A stretch of 61,191 nt of DNA from Hydrolagus affinis (GCA_012026655.1 JAAILG010001848.1:1-61191); one strand, 5' to 3'; shown: positions 1 to 12,021, counted from the first letter of the stretch. Made by a program: numbers and translations. The notes: generated by a model from the sequence alone, not told the origin.

Positions 1-94
1 CTTGCATACCTGTATATTGTATTCGAGGACTATGAATACAATATGGCAGCTTTGCACCTCGGTCTGTGCATTGTATATAGAGATGAGCATTCTG

Positions 95-244
95 GGTCTT
101 GTAGTTCAGCGTGCGCGCATTCCGATTTTTTTACCTCGATATATCGATTTTTCGATATCGATAATTTTGAAATGCCTATATCGGCGTATCGATATGAAAA
201 TTATATCGGGTTTTAGCGATATATCGATATATCGCCGGACCCTA
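95..244. mobile_element. Right end of a non-autonomous hAT-like DNA transposon (left part degraded or outside window)
   Basis: CpG-rich cluster of CGATAT/ATATCG subterminal repeats ending in ...atatcgccggaccCTA (reverse complement TAGGGTCCGGCGATATATCG), the TAGGG-type terminus of vertebrate non-autonomous hATs. Confidence 0.6.
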
Positions 245-730
245 GTGGTGCTGTATATAAGGAGGTAGCATGAGTTTGGTGTTTAGCATGAACATTCGAA
301 TGATGCAGATGTGATATCATAGCTATTCATTAAACCTAAACTAATTACCAGCATCTTGTTAGAATTTTAGGGAAAAATCTCTTTGAATACATGAGATTTT
401 CCAAAACAAAGCATAATTTCTTTAAGTTCAAACCTAAGTTATTGAAGAGTCTTCCATTGCATGGACTGTGAGGAGCAGCTATGGGGTGAGCTGTGCTTCA
501 GTTTGGTTGATTGGCTGTTCTGGAAACATGTTTGAGCATTTTAACATGTTAGTACATCTCTGAATAGAAATTGGCAGCTTTAATGTACATACTTGGTATC
601 CTCAGCATCTAGCTCTTATTAGTTATCCACTTTCAGTGCGCTTGAGGTTCATTAGTTGTAACATCAGTTTGTTTTTGTTCAACTCGAGCCCTTGCTTTTT
701 CCTATTAACTGATTTACATTTTCTTTATAG

Positions 731-861
731 CTCTGGACGTCTGTGAGAAATGGGGAGAAACCCCGCCTTTGCAACCCAAACACATGCGTGAGGCAGTGAG
801 AAGATTGAAACTCCGCGGGCAGATCACTAACACAAAATATAAAAAGGTCTTGTTCCATTAA
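731..861 (+). CDS. TAF11: TATA-box binding protein associated factor 11, last coding exon
   Basis: Acceptor ttctttatAG at 729-730; translates (A)[42 protein letters not shown] (TAA 859-861), matching the vertebrate TAF11 C-terminus. Confidence 0.96.
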
Positions 862-1567
862 CCACGAGACTGGCCTAGCATAGGCCAGACACTACTCACC
901 CTGCATTGTGAGTGAACCTCTACTGTGAAACCTACATTTTGTGGTGTGGGTAAATCGGCCATTATTTCTTTTAAAAGGATTTAAGCCTAGGTCCTGATGT
1001 TGATAGCTTTCTGACGATGGGTTGGGAAAGCAGGCTAACGGAACAGGAGCTAAAGTTATATTCGGCCATGGAGCTCAATCTATTCAATCTGAACGACTGA
1101 GTGCATCTGTGTCATGTCAAGAGAAATGGCCCCAGTGTTTTACTTTTGCCATTTTCCTCCTTACAAACAAGACCACGATCTGTGGGTTGGATCCGGCTCC
1201 TCTCATCCAGCGCTATGATAAACTTCTGTGTTGAGAACGTTTTCACAAATAATGGAAGAACTACTCAAATCAATGCATCAATGAAAACCCGGAGACTGCA
1301 GCTGTAAGTATGACCAGAACTGTCCTGTTTTCTGGCACGATACCCATTTATAACTGATCTCAGTGGTAAAGAAGTTAATTTGTTCTGGAGGAGGAACAGA
1401 ATAGATTTAACGAACGTTTGTTACATAAATATAGAAACCACCATGAATTGGATATTTCCAGATTATTATATCGTATATAACAGCTGTAAACTTGAATGTT
1501 GCACAAAATGTTTGTGCACATGTAAGAATTGTCTGATAAAATGTAATGCCATCTTGTCTCAATTCAA

Positions 1568-1984
1568 AATAAAATGCCACAAACAGATTTCAGGCTACCT
1601 GCAGGGTTAGGGCATCTGGGTGCACAACTGAGGCAGATCTGAACAGTTGTTAGCACTCGGATAGTTTGAGGGGAAATAAAGAATACGGTTTGAGTTATTT
1701 ATTAGACTACAAGTCTTTCTGAAATGGTTCAGTTATGGGAGAAAGCTTTCACTGATATGAATCTTCCAATTCATATTGCAATATCTATAGGAAATTGTGT
1801 TAAAATCTTTCAATATCTCACAGCCCCTTGTGACAAGATACTGTTGGGGGGGCTATATTATGTAAGATTGTGTGACTTAGATCCTAAGTCTCTGATGTTC
1901 TGACCCTTTCCTCTGGTGCTGACATACGTGACTTCTGGTGACTAATAGTGACTATTAAGCAAAGTCTTTTTTTGACTAAATAAA
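1568..1984 (+). terminator. Candidate TAF11 polyadenylation signals
   Basis: AATAAA at 1568-1573, 1675-1680 and 1979-1984 downstream of the TAF11 stop; which is used cannot be determined from sequence. Confidence 0.5.
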
Positions 1985-2599
1985 ATGTTAACCAGGACTG
2001 TCAAAGCACTCTGCAGCAACCAGAGAAAAGACATGGGCATTAAATGTTGATGTCACTAAACTTTCAATCAAATATCCTCGGGTGGAGCAGGTTTCTAGGC
2101 CTCTCGGATGTGCGGATTATTGCTAAAATGTTCTGTTTGAGTGATCAGATGGTATGTTTTACAGTAAATACCGGTGACTCAAATCTTTTGATGATGATAA
2201 ATTTATTCCCCCAGAATCCTAACATACAGTACTGGTTCACAGAACCCATCATCAACCTTACAAGAGTGTCTAAACAAACGTGGAACTGTGAAAATATTGT
2301 GGAGGAGGATTTCAGCATGAAAGGCTAGAGCGTTCATTTTCAATCATCACTTGCTAATTTTTATTATTCTTAAAACCAACTCATTGTTTTTGTCATGTAT
2401 TTCATATTTGCAATTGCACAAAATAACCAGCACCAAAGTATATTATATGGCACCCGTAAAACTTTAGTGAATTTGTACTTCATTCAAAAATAATCCACAG
2501 CTCAGCCAAATTCCTCAAACACACCCACCTACTGCTCTGCTCCTCAGTAACTCCATGTGGAGATTTGATAATTACCTTTTACTTTCAATGATAAAGCCT

Positions 2600-2657
2600 C
2601 ACACAAAATGTTAACACATCCACACAACAGCCTAGATATGAGACTAGTTTATTTAAT
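2600..2657 (-). terminator. Candidate distal BLTP3A polyadenylation site
   Basis: Minus strand reads ATTAAATAAA (AATAAA = 2653-2648), then ctagtctCAtat, then a GU-rich tract ctgttgtgtggatgtgtt. Confidence 0.55.
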
Positions 2658-3456
2658 GAGGCAGATGTCAAATGACCAACTGGTGACTTTCCTCATTGGG
2701 GAGAGGTGAGCGGGGGCCTCCTTTGAGCTGAACTTGCCCAAGGTGACGGGGTTTGGCAACAGAACCTCATAATTGAGCCAATCCCCCTGTTGTGGTCTTA
2801 GTAGTCTAGTTCATGATCCAGGTAGGACTGCAGTATTCCAGGGCACTGCTGATGGCTGTCTAACCAACCTGTGTTACTCATCTGCAGGACCTGGAAGGGC
2901 AGATCAGTCACTGGGGCCGGAACGCTTCCCATTAAGCTCTCATTAACCTTCAAGCTGAAGCCCCAACAAATAAGATGGTCCTAGCTGCACAAGCCTTGGG
3001 AAAGCTTGTGAGTCAGTGCTTTCAAAGGCAAGCTATGTAGTTTTAGCTGGCTAGACCAGCAGTTACCTCAGTGCACACTCTGGCTCCCAAGCCCTAATAC
3101 TCTCCAGAATTAGGTCATCAGGATGTGTCCCTCCAGGGAGAGAATGCATTCCATTCCAATAAATATCTCTGGAATTTCCATGTATAGGCAGGATGCATTA
3201 AGCTCTCAGACGCTCAACTGACCAAAAAAAGAGTGGTTATTCTCATAGCCCAACTTGTAGTGACACGCTGGGCTGCTCCACTCATGTTGGTACAATGTTC
3301 TTTGAAGGAGTTGTAAGTTTACAATAATAAATCTGACCTGAACGATCCAGTTTAATCCCTTTCTAGCATCTGCACATTAAGTCCATGTCAAACATGTCTT
3401 GCCCGCCTGCAGTCACTGGTTGACCAATTTAAACAATCAATATGTGTAGGTTATTG

Positions 3457-3702
3457 AGGCCAGAAATTCCATCAAGTCTTCAGCTGTCAGACTTAAAACT
3501 TTTAAATTGTTTTAAGATTTAAGATTAGTGTGTCAAAATTCTTAAATTTAGTCTTAGTTTGGAAGCCGGTTTCTTTTTAAGATTCGAAACGTGTAGCTTC
3601 CAATTTAAAACTGGATTCAAGTTTTTCCCATAATTCTGAGCAATTTAAAATTTTACAACAAAATGGTTTTAAAGGCGGAAGACAAGGTGGAATTTTGGGC
3701 CT
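3457..3702. mobile_element. MITE, PIF/Harbinger-like
   Basis: Imperfect ~28 bp TIRs (aggccagaaattccatcaagtcttcagc / gcggaagacaaggtggaattttgggcct), 3-bp direct repeat TTG on both flanks, AT-rich interior. Confidence 0.6.
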
Positions 3703-5914
3703 TTGGTATCTCAAAAATGCCAGACTAAACACAGAGCCTCCTCCACTATCCCTCTAGGTTTGACTTTGTATTTGCACTGTTTGTCTGCTCGTGAATGTGT
3801 GTGGTTTAGACACTTCAGCACCTGCCCTGTGCTATGTACTTTGGGGCTTTGATTTCAAACATATGCTTGCAATGCATTTCATGGAGAGAGCACTGATGTA
3901 AGTTGATCGTTCTGTGATCGATTTTCAAGAAGTTGCTTGGAAGAGACAAGCAGAAAGGCAAAGAACAGCATCGAGTGTTTGTGCAGTCAGGTTGCTTAAT
4001 TAATGTTCAGTAACTTCTGATATAAAATACTCACCGGATACATTAGCAGCAGTAACTTGTATGACTAATCATACCAGAGGCAGAGGAGTGTCTTGACCCA
4101 ATGTAATTACAGAGGATAGAAATGAGTTCCAGAACCACTCACTGAAACAGATTCTTTCTCTCCAGCAATTGTAACAGTTTTAAAGACTATGATTTAGCTT
4201 ACTGGCCCAATCAAACAGCCTCCGGGTTAAACAGTGACCTATTTCTATATTAATAGATTCATTCTGAACATTCAGCAAGAGAATAGAAGGCTAGCACAGT
4301 AGTACAACATGAAGACACCAATGTTTGTGATACTATAATACACGATATAAATATTTCTGGGATCAACAGTGAGAAAATCCTTCACTACTGCTCAGATTCC
4401 ACAGTCATTGTGTCACCTTTTCACAGCCGGTTAAACTGTAGTGATAAACTGACATGAAAGAAACTCCTATCAATGCTTGCACGGCATTCTGCCCGTAAGT
4501 GACCAGCACCATTATGATGTTAATCTCAGCTAAAGTGAGGATCCATCTCCACCTTTTTATTGGGTTTGTTTGTATTTTGTGCTTATTCTAGGTAACAAAC
4601 CCTGAGGCCATTTTCACTGAAAAAAATAGGTAAAACACTGATATTGAGGCTACCTTTTTCAAACTATAACTACAGCAGGATAGGATCCTGCATTACAACC
4701 AGATCAGAAAATCAATCGTTTTGCACTTTTTAGAAAATATGAATTTTGAAAAATCTTATTAAGTCTTTTTAAAGTCTACAAAGTTTTAAGCTTTTAGTTC
4801 AGTTCAATTTGGATACAATCAATAAACTCACACAATCGCCCTGTCAGTATCTGCACACAGTATCCACCAAACTACTGTAGCTGTGCGCCCTTGTGCAGTG
4901 CAATTCGTTGTGCAATGAATTCTAGAAAAAAAACATTCTGGGTTACCAGAAGACAAGTACAATTCTTACTAAAAGGAGAGGAACTGCCTAGGTTTGAGTT
5001 TTAACTGCTTTGAACTGCAAAAACAATTCTGCTTTTGTGCAGAGCATTATGTCTTTTAAGCAGTTTGGTTACAAAGGGAGACATTCCTGATTTATAAATA
5101 TATTGATGGATATAGTGTGTTCACACGCACAAAACACTGGTGAGGCGTAGTGCAGCTTAAATGTGGTCATCAAGTGGCAACCTTGCACAATATAGAAAAC
5201 TGTACAACCCCAGTTAACTGCTGTACTAATCGAGATATTCCATATAAGGATTCAGGACTAAGGGCAGTGCAGTACAGGGCACGGGATTACACCTTATTCT
5301 CTCCAGGTGTCGTGAGGAAGAGCTGAGCCACAGGAAGAGAAAAGTTAACACAGGACAAGTCCGGGTTCAGGGCGGTTCTATCAACTCCTGGGGATGTCCT
5401 TCCAACGTGAAAGGCGCACCACAAATATAATATTGTATTGTGAGCAGCTTGGCTCCTCATCCACACCGAGACCAGAGAGAATACTGTAGATACCAGCTCA
5501 GGACACAAATACTTCATTGGCTGACAACTAAACTGGAAGCAGAAAAGTAATTTTGATTGGACCTGGTGATTATGCACTTCATTTGCCCATGAAAAATGTA
5601 AAAGGTCAATTTGTTTCACCAACGGGTGGAATTCAGTTTCTGAACTATTATTTCTTCCTCTTCACTCCCACCACATGTTGCTCTTTATCACATTGTCAGG
5701 ATGTCTCCAAAAATTTACTGTAACTGTATATACTTGTAGGTGAACATGGCAGCTAATTTGCACACAGCAATGCCCTGCAGACAGCCATGAAGCGAATGAC
5801 CATTTGGGGACCATTTAGTTGGGGGGTGGGGTGGAATTGTTTGACCAAACATTGGGAAAGACTTAATTTCCTTTTCAAATAGTGCCATGGCATCTTTCAT
5901 ATCCAACTCAATAA

Positions 5915-6080
5915 ACATGAGATCTCAGTTTGACATCTGAAGTGTAGCACCTCAAAAAATGCAACTCACCCCTAGCACAGCACTGAAATATCAGTCTAGA
6001 TTGTGAGTTTAAAGTTCCAATGTGAGGTTTGAAACCACAACCTTCTGACTCAGTGAGTCCTGGCACTGAGCAGGCTGACA
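5915..6080 (-). mobile_element. Deu-domain SINE (SacSINE1-like), 5' fragment
   Basis: Reverse complement shows the tRNA-like head (gagtcagaaggttgtggtttcaaacc) and start of the Deu domain, as in the copies at 32328 and 38095. Confidence 0.55.
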
Positions 6081-6466
6081 CCTGGCAAATGTCACTTAGA
6101 ACATAATATCATGGCTGGTGTGAGCTGACACAATTGAGTTAGAATTAGGCCCTGGTTTGAGACCTGATTTAAACAGACTGGGTGGTTAGAGGCCTAATCC
6201 ACTGTGAGACCAGCCAGTTTATTCAAAGGAAGCAGTCAAATCGTGAGGTGATGTTTCACGTATTTCTAGTACAATTATTGGCAATGAATTTTCAGACATT
6301 TTTGTTGCCACTGAGCCAGAGGTGCAAAATCTCAGCACAAGATAATTACAACATGTTGATCCATTATTCAAACGCAAAACGCTTCCTATCAGGAACAAAA
6401 GGGAGAATTACAAAAACACAGCCATGGTTCCATTCCATTTATGGGATTATCAAACGTGTCTGAAAC

Positions 6467-6496
6467 ATCGTACTCTGGAGGATCGTACTCTGGAGG
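6467..6496. repeat. Perfect 15-bp tandem duplication
   Basis: atcgtactctggagg x2. Confidence 0.9.
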
Positions 6497-7951
6497 AGTG
6501 AAACAGAAACTGTACAAGCCTCGGCTAAGCAACTCTGCACGGTTTATCAAACAGGCCACGGGCACTGATGGAAAGAGTTTCCACTGATGCAAATAGTTGG
6601 AAACCTAAGATAGCTTTATATAATCATTTGGTTAGTGTTTTTTGTTTTTAAAAAAAAAAACATTTTATTTCCGCGCTGAATCAGGCAAGTTACTAACGTA
6701 AATCATTGTTTAAAAACACCTCCAATGTCTCCGCGCCTCACAGTGACATCTAACAAAGTTATAAAGAGTTCTTTCCTCAGTTTTCATTAAATCTTAATTA
6801 TTGCCTCCACACAGGTAAGTACGACAGTCCTGCTAACTGTGGTGCTGTGTTTCACCACAACAAAGAGGGAGATTCACCATCTCACGCAATTGAAAACCCA
6901 ACCACAAGCATCAGGCTGAAGGCCCACATGTGTTTGAAGGCTTCGCTTGCCTCCTGCAAGGAGTGAGTTGGCGACAGTGAGCTGGAGAACTGCACACGAG
7001 AGGCAGGGCTTTGCTGGATCTAAAACCAGACTTCTGGCTGCCTTGTTCTTTCTGATTAACAAGGTGGAAAGCTGCCCTCCAATAAATGTTTGAAATTTAG
7101 TCTTGCGTTTCTTCACCTGTTGAAACTGATGGAAGCCTCTCAGAGGTGGGAAGGGGCAGAGAGACAAAGACAAGGTGCAGGAGAATTTTACACCTGAAGC
7201 AGCAAATGTGTGTGTGTTTAGGAATAAAATGAAATCACGTTATCAAGTGTAAACTGGCTGTGATACTGCATTTGAAATGATACCTCACAGAACAATTTGA
7301 TGTGGGTTCTAATCTCACACACTACCCGTGTCTAAGTAAATTGACACGGATGTGGTGCACTGCAGGCTTTTAAACTCAAACCTTTGGCACAAATCCACTT
7401 CTGTCCTTTGACGCAGGGGGAGGGGCAGAGAAACTAACACCCAGGAAAAATATAACAGTTACAAATAACTAAGGATTTAAAAAGTGCCAACTCAGCTCCT
7501 TCTGAGACTGGCATGTGGCAATGTTAATCTCTTGTTGCCCAGTGCTATACAAATGTAATTTTGTTGTTGTTGTTGTTGCTGTGTGGGGCAGACTGAACGA
7601 TCTGTGCAATACAGTCAGTCTGTGGTTGGGATTCTCACGGCGTTAACAACTGAGCCAATTTAGCAACTTCCATTTTGCATATCCTTAGATCCCAATTCAC
7701 TGCACCACACAGCCTTCATTTGTAACGTGCACAGAGATTAGGTTTAGACAAAATGTCTATGTAAAAATATCCACACATTTGTCTGCAGCCGCATTGCTTA
7801 CTGATTACATTCTGCTGCTGAAAACACTGTGGCCAACGACTGAAGGTGACCTCAAAGGGTTCACCCTTTCCTGTCTCCAATAAGAATGTACAAAATGCTC
7901 CAAAAATAGTTAGTGCTTTGATGCCATTTCTGCACTTCACTCAATCTTCAC

Positions 7952-8097
7952 ATAATAGTAATAATCCTTGCAATTGATATAGCGCCTTTTCACATATTCG
8001 AGACATCTCAAAATATATATACGCTTCATAGAATATACAGTAAATTTAATTGGACTTGGGTATATTGATTGTGAGCGAAACGTGGCAGCCAATTGCT
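7952..8097 (-). mobile_element. tRNA-derived SINE family A, 3' fragment
   Basis: aatccttgcaattgatatagcgcc...ggcagccaattgc, reverse complement of the SINE 3' half seen in many copies. Confidence 0.75.
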
Positions 8098-10145
8098 GCT
8101 GGTGTAAAAATTACTCTTCCCCGACCACTTGGGATGAGATGATGAAAAAAGAATCACTTTGAATGAGTAATTGAGTACGACAACATACTGCTGGTTAACT
8201 TCTGATGCAAGTGCATCTTTGGTGAGCAAATGTGGACACTGCCTTTGACAAGCCAATAATGGCCGATATGAGCGCCACCTAGTGGCTTTCCTAGTCTACT
8301 ATTCATCAGCAAGCAATGGATCGAAAACCAATTCATTGATACGTTTCTTTAAGTTAGATGAAATACATTATCATAAGTTAATAACTATCTTTACAAAATT
8401 CCCAACCAACAGTTTGAAAGAAGCTTAATATAAATTAAACATGACCCATATCTAATGACAGTACCTTAAGCAGCCAGGATGCTGGCTGGAAAAATACACT
8501 CTGTGCTGTGAGAGAGGGGGCGGGGGGGAGGGGAGAGGGTCTGTAAGCAGGTAAAGTCTGGTTGTACCCAAGAGCATTATGACATATGAGGGCAGCAGGA
8601 GTGGGCAGTACCAAGTACCGTCTTCATTACATAATGGGATTTAGCTCTTACCCTCGAAGAGAGCAGTCTTTTGGCTGGTTTGCCATTGGCAACACAATCA
8701 AATATGGGCTCAGGAGGCTCGGGACAGCCTATGGAACACATTACATTTAAAGATGGGAACTTGACAACAGTTCCATGAATCAGAAACTTCAGTATTCTGA
8801 CTGACCTTGTAAAATGGGTAAAAATTGCACTCTTGACTGCAAATAGTGAAGGAAGCCTGGGTTTAAAAAAAAATGTTTTAACCTCCATCTATGGCAGTGG
8901 GGGGGGGAGGGGGGGAGAGGGCGGTGGGTTATATACAGAAAGAATACTTCTTCTGTGACCACTTGATGTTGGAGACTTTGAGGGTATGTGTCAATCTACC
9001 AAAGGCCAAAAGCAGGCTATTGTCAATGGTTGGGCTTCACTCGGTTTTCCATCGGACTGGCTCTCATTCCTAATATGAAGCACAATGGCATCAACTGAGG
9101 GGGTTAAACTCAATCCAGCAAAAAAGATAGATTAGAATCGGATCAGTTTTAGTGCAAATACTGACGCTGAGAAAGGCCTGTGAATGTTAACAGAAAAGTA
9201 TTAAGTCTGCATTGTTCACTTCTGAATGCTCTGGGTTTTTGTTGGAATTGGTGGCAAAGAACAGGATCCTGGAGCTCATTACCAACACATTGCAGCCCTC
9301 ACTCACCCTGTGAGACTCTGGGAAAAGGATGTCAGAGCACATCAACACAGGCAGCTCCTCATCAGTGAATAACATAAGAGAAATAGCAACTTAACATTCA
9401 TGAACAAGGCTCCCCCCCCTCCCCCAATTTTTGTTTGAAAAAGTGCTTGATGAAAGCAGACCTTAACAACTACCCACTGGCATCCAGGAAGTGAGACATG
9501 CCTGCGGAGAAGGCCTGCTGCCATTTTGGTTACAGCCCATTAGACCCACAAGTGTAAGCATCACTCGGCAATATTTGGGCAGACACAAAATGGGGGAAAG
9601 TGTGGGGGAAATACACCAGCCCTTTACAATCTCTAAGGGATTGAGGTCACACGTTTACATGGTGCTGTTACCATTCAACTGGTCTTACTGTGCAAAGGGG
9701 AGTGAATGAGCCCAGTGTCACTCTGTGGTTACTCTCCCCAGTAAATGAATGTTCCTGGCCATATGTCATTAATACAGTGTCCACTTCAGCTTTCACGCAG
9801 ACGCATCTTCCCTCTGCTAGCAGCAACTCAATTGGCTTCAGCTGCCATCTCTCTAGTCTCTCTTCCTTCCCGTCACTGATGCTGAATGTGCTGATTGGCG
9901 ACTGCGCTCTCCCATGTACTTGGCAAAATCAAACTCCGCGGTACGAGACAAGATTCCTTCCAAGTGGTTTCAAAGTGCTGAACGTGGAGCCGCAGTTACT
10001 TCACGTCTGTGGGTTGAGAGACGGACTGGAGAATTGTGCTGAACAGATACTGGAAACAAATAGTCACTAAAAGGCAGGGATGTCCTAAATGAGCATTAGT
10101 GTTGCTGTTGGCAGTGTTAACATTGTGCTGAGTCTGGATTGACCA

Positions 10146-10262
10146 TCAGAGATCAAATTCAGGATTCAGTTTCCTTATTTCTTGGAGCAGCCTGTCTCTG
10201 TCCAGGTTTGCCTTGGTTAGAGCCGCCTTCACACTGGCAAGTTCCTTTCTCAGCTGATCATT
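10146..10262 (-). CDS. BLTP3A: BLTP3A exon 21 (terminal; coiled coil)
   Basis: ttttgtgcAG|NDQLRKELASVKAALTKANLDRDRLLQEIRKLNPEFDL*; 117 nt. Confidence 0.93.
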   Translation of the reverse strand, partial: NDQLRKELASVKAALTKANLDRDRLLQEIRKLNPEFDL

Positions 10263-11144
10263 CTGCACAAAAGCATTTAAAGAGAGAGAAAAAAAAATGC
10301 TTAGCGTTAATCTCTTCATTCCAACACCAAGGAGCAGACGTGAGGCTACCACAAGCATTTAATGTTCCACTTCAGTAAGGAAATAATGCTGGATCAATAG
10401 GAACAATTCAACTCAGCTTTAATAATCTCATAACAGCCCAGCGCACAAAGGGCACATTGATCTCGCCCACTGCCTGGACTTTCATTTTAACTCTTTCCAC
10501 CCCGTGGTCATTACTTTTTCAGACCATTTTTCCACTTTTTTTTTTTAAATCACCTCCTCCACCCACCCCCACCCCCAACCACCCCCTCCACACAACTGTG
10601 AAGCGCTTAGAGACATCCTCCTGACACAAAAGGAGCTGTATAAATGTACAATTGTTTTTTATTCTGAAAGATCAATAGTCATCCACCCAACATTTCAGAA
10701 CCTGTGGCAGGAGAGCATGTTTTATTATTCTTTGAGGGTTTATTTGGAATCAATGATGTGCGATTATGTTCATGATTTCTCCCCACAACTCCCCATGTTG
10801 GATACAGCTCCGAGACCAGGTGATGTAACACAGGGAAAGCAAATACAGGCAGAGCAAATTACTACAACTCACTAAATGTCTGTGCCAATTTTTTTTGGAT
10901 CAGGCGGATGTCTGACAGAAACCCATCTCCGTGGTTAATAAGAGTTTCCGAACCAAACTGAGAAATCAATGCTTTCCACCTACACCTGGAAATTCCAGAG
11001 AACTGGCCAATAGCACCAATAATGCTTGAGGTCTCGGTGAGGAGTGTCTAGTATGTGTAACTACCCGATTTACCACGAAGAAGCAACTGTAATTTTTAGG
11101 GTATTTGCCCAACCCATAACAACAACCCACTGTGGTAAAAACAG

Positions 11145-11428
11145 AAGTTTCCTTATTCCACACACCTCTGGTTATCTAGATGTACGTAGGAACCCATTTG
11201 TGAAGTCAGTTGGCAGATTGCTTTTCTAGGGATAATAATCCCTTAAATATAAATAATAATAATAATACTGATTTGGGCACTCAATCCACGACTGTTTGCG
11301 CAATTGGCTGCCATGTTTCACCCACAAAATATGCAGTCAATTGATTACAGTATATTCTGTGAAGCGCTTTGAGACGACTCAAAGACATGGTAAGGCGCTA
11401 TATCAAATGCAAGTATTATTTTATTAAT
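11145..11428 (+). mobile_element. SINE family A, long variant, head missing
   Basis: aagtttccttattccacac...caattggctgcc...gtgaagcgctttgagacg...tatcaaatgcaag, ATT-type tail. Confidence 0.8.
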
Positions 11429-11429
11429 A

Positions 11430-11612
11430 TTCAGCAACTCAGGCAGCATCTATGAAGAAAAATGGGTTATCACTGCAGGTCAATGACCTTTGGTCAGTTC
11501 TGACGAAAGGTCATCGCCCTGAAATGTTAAGTCATTTTCCTCTCTCTATAGATGCTGATCCCATTAAGTGTTCCGAGCGACTTCTGTTTTTATTTCAGAT
11601 TTCCAGCATCTA
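11430..11612. mobile_element. Palindromic Penelope-type fragment with degenerate hammerhead ribozyme core
   Basis: Inverted arms centred at 11498-11499; ctgacga-aaggtc-atc-gccct-gaaa at 11500-11524; homologous copy at 34488-34585. Confidence 0.6.
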
Positions 11613-11634
11613 TATTTTGCCCTTTGTTTAAAAC

Positions 11635-11833
11635 ACAATAATAAAATTGGTTATTTCAATCCAAGACTGTTTGTGGAGACGCTGCTGTGCGCAATTGGCT
11701 GTCGCGTGTCGCCCACAAATATACAGTCAAATTCACTTTACAGTATATTCTGTGAAGCGCTTTGAGACGTCTAGAAGACGTGAAAAGCACTATATCAAAT
11801 ACAAGGTTTATTATTATTATTATTATTATTATT
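11635..11833 (+). mobile_element. SINE family A, 3' half with long (ATT)n tail
   Basis: gactgtttgtggagacgctgctgtgcgcaattggctg...gtgaagcgctttgagacg...(tat)n. Confidence 0.85.
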
Positions 11834-12021
11834 AAACCCATTGGGGCTTTGGCTCACAGGGTCCTGAGCATGTCTACACCTCCAAGTCTCGCTGACCAGC
11901 CAAGGCTGGCCAACAAGTAACAGTGTCTTGATATTTCCAGCTTTGCTTTGCTGAGCGAGACTCCTCAATTTAATCCCAAGGATTCTCCTCACACCAGGTT
12001 AGGTAGAAATCTCACACTCAC

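Larger units (their letters stand above)
2630..10145 (-). other. BLTP3A: Putative long 3'UTR of BLTP3A
   Basis: Follows the TGA at 10148-10146; no coding exons found and fewer LINE/SINE copies than in the introns; an alternative AATAAA lies at 6669-6664. Confidence 0.45.

Noticed and set aside
2-268. 88-aa ORF at the window start
   Set aside because: Runs through transposon subterminal repeats inside the TAF11 intron; no recognisable protein
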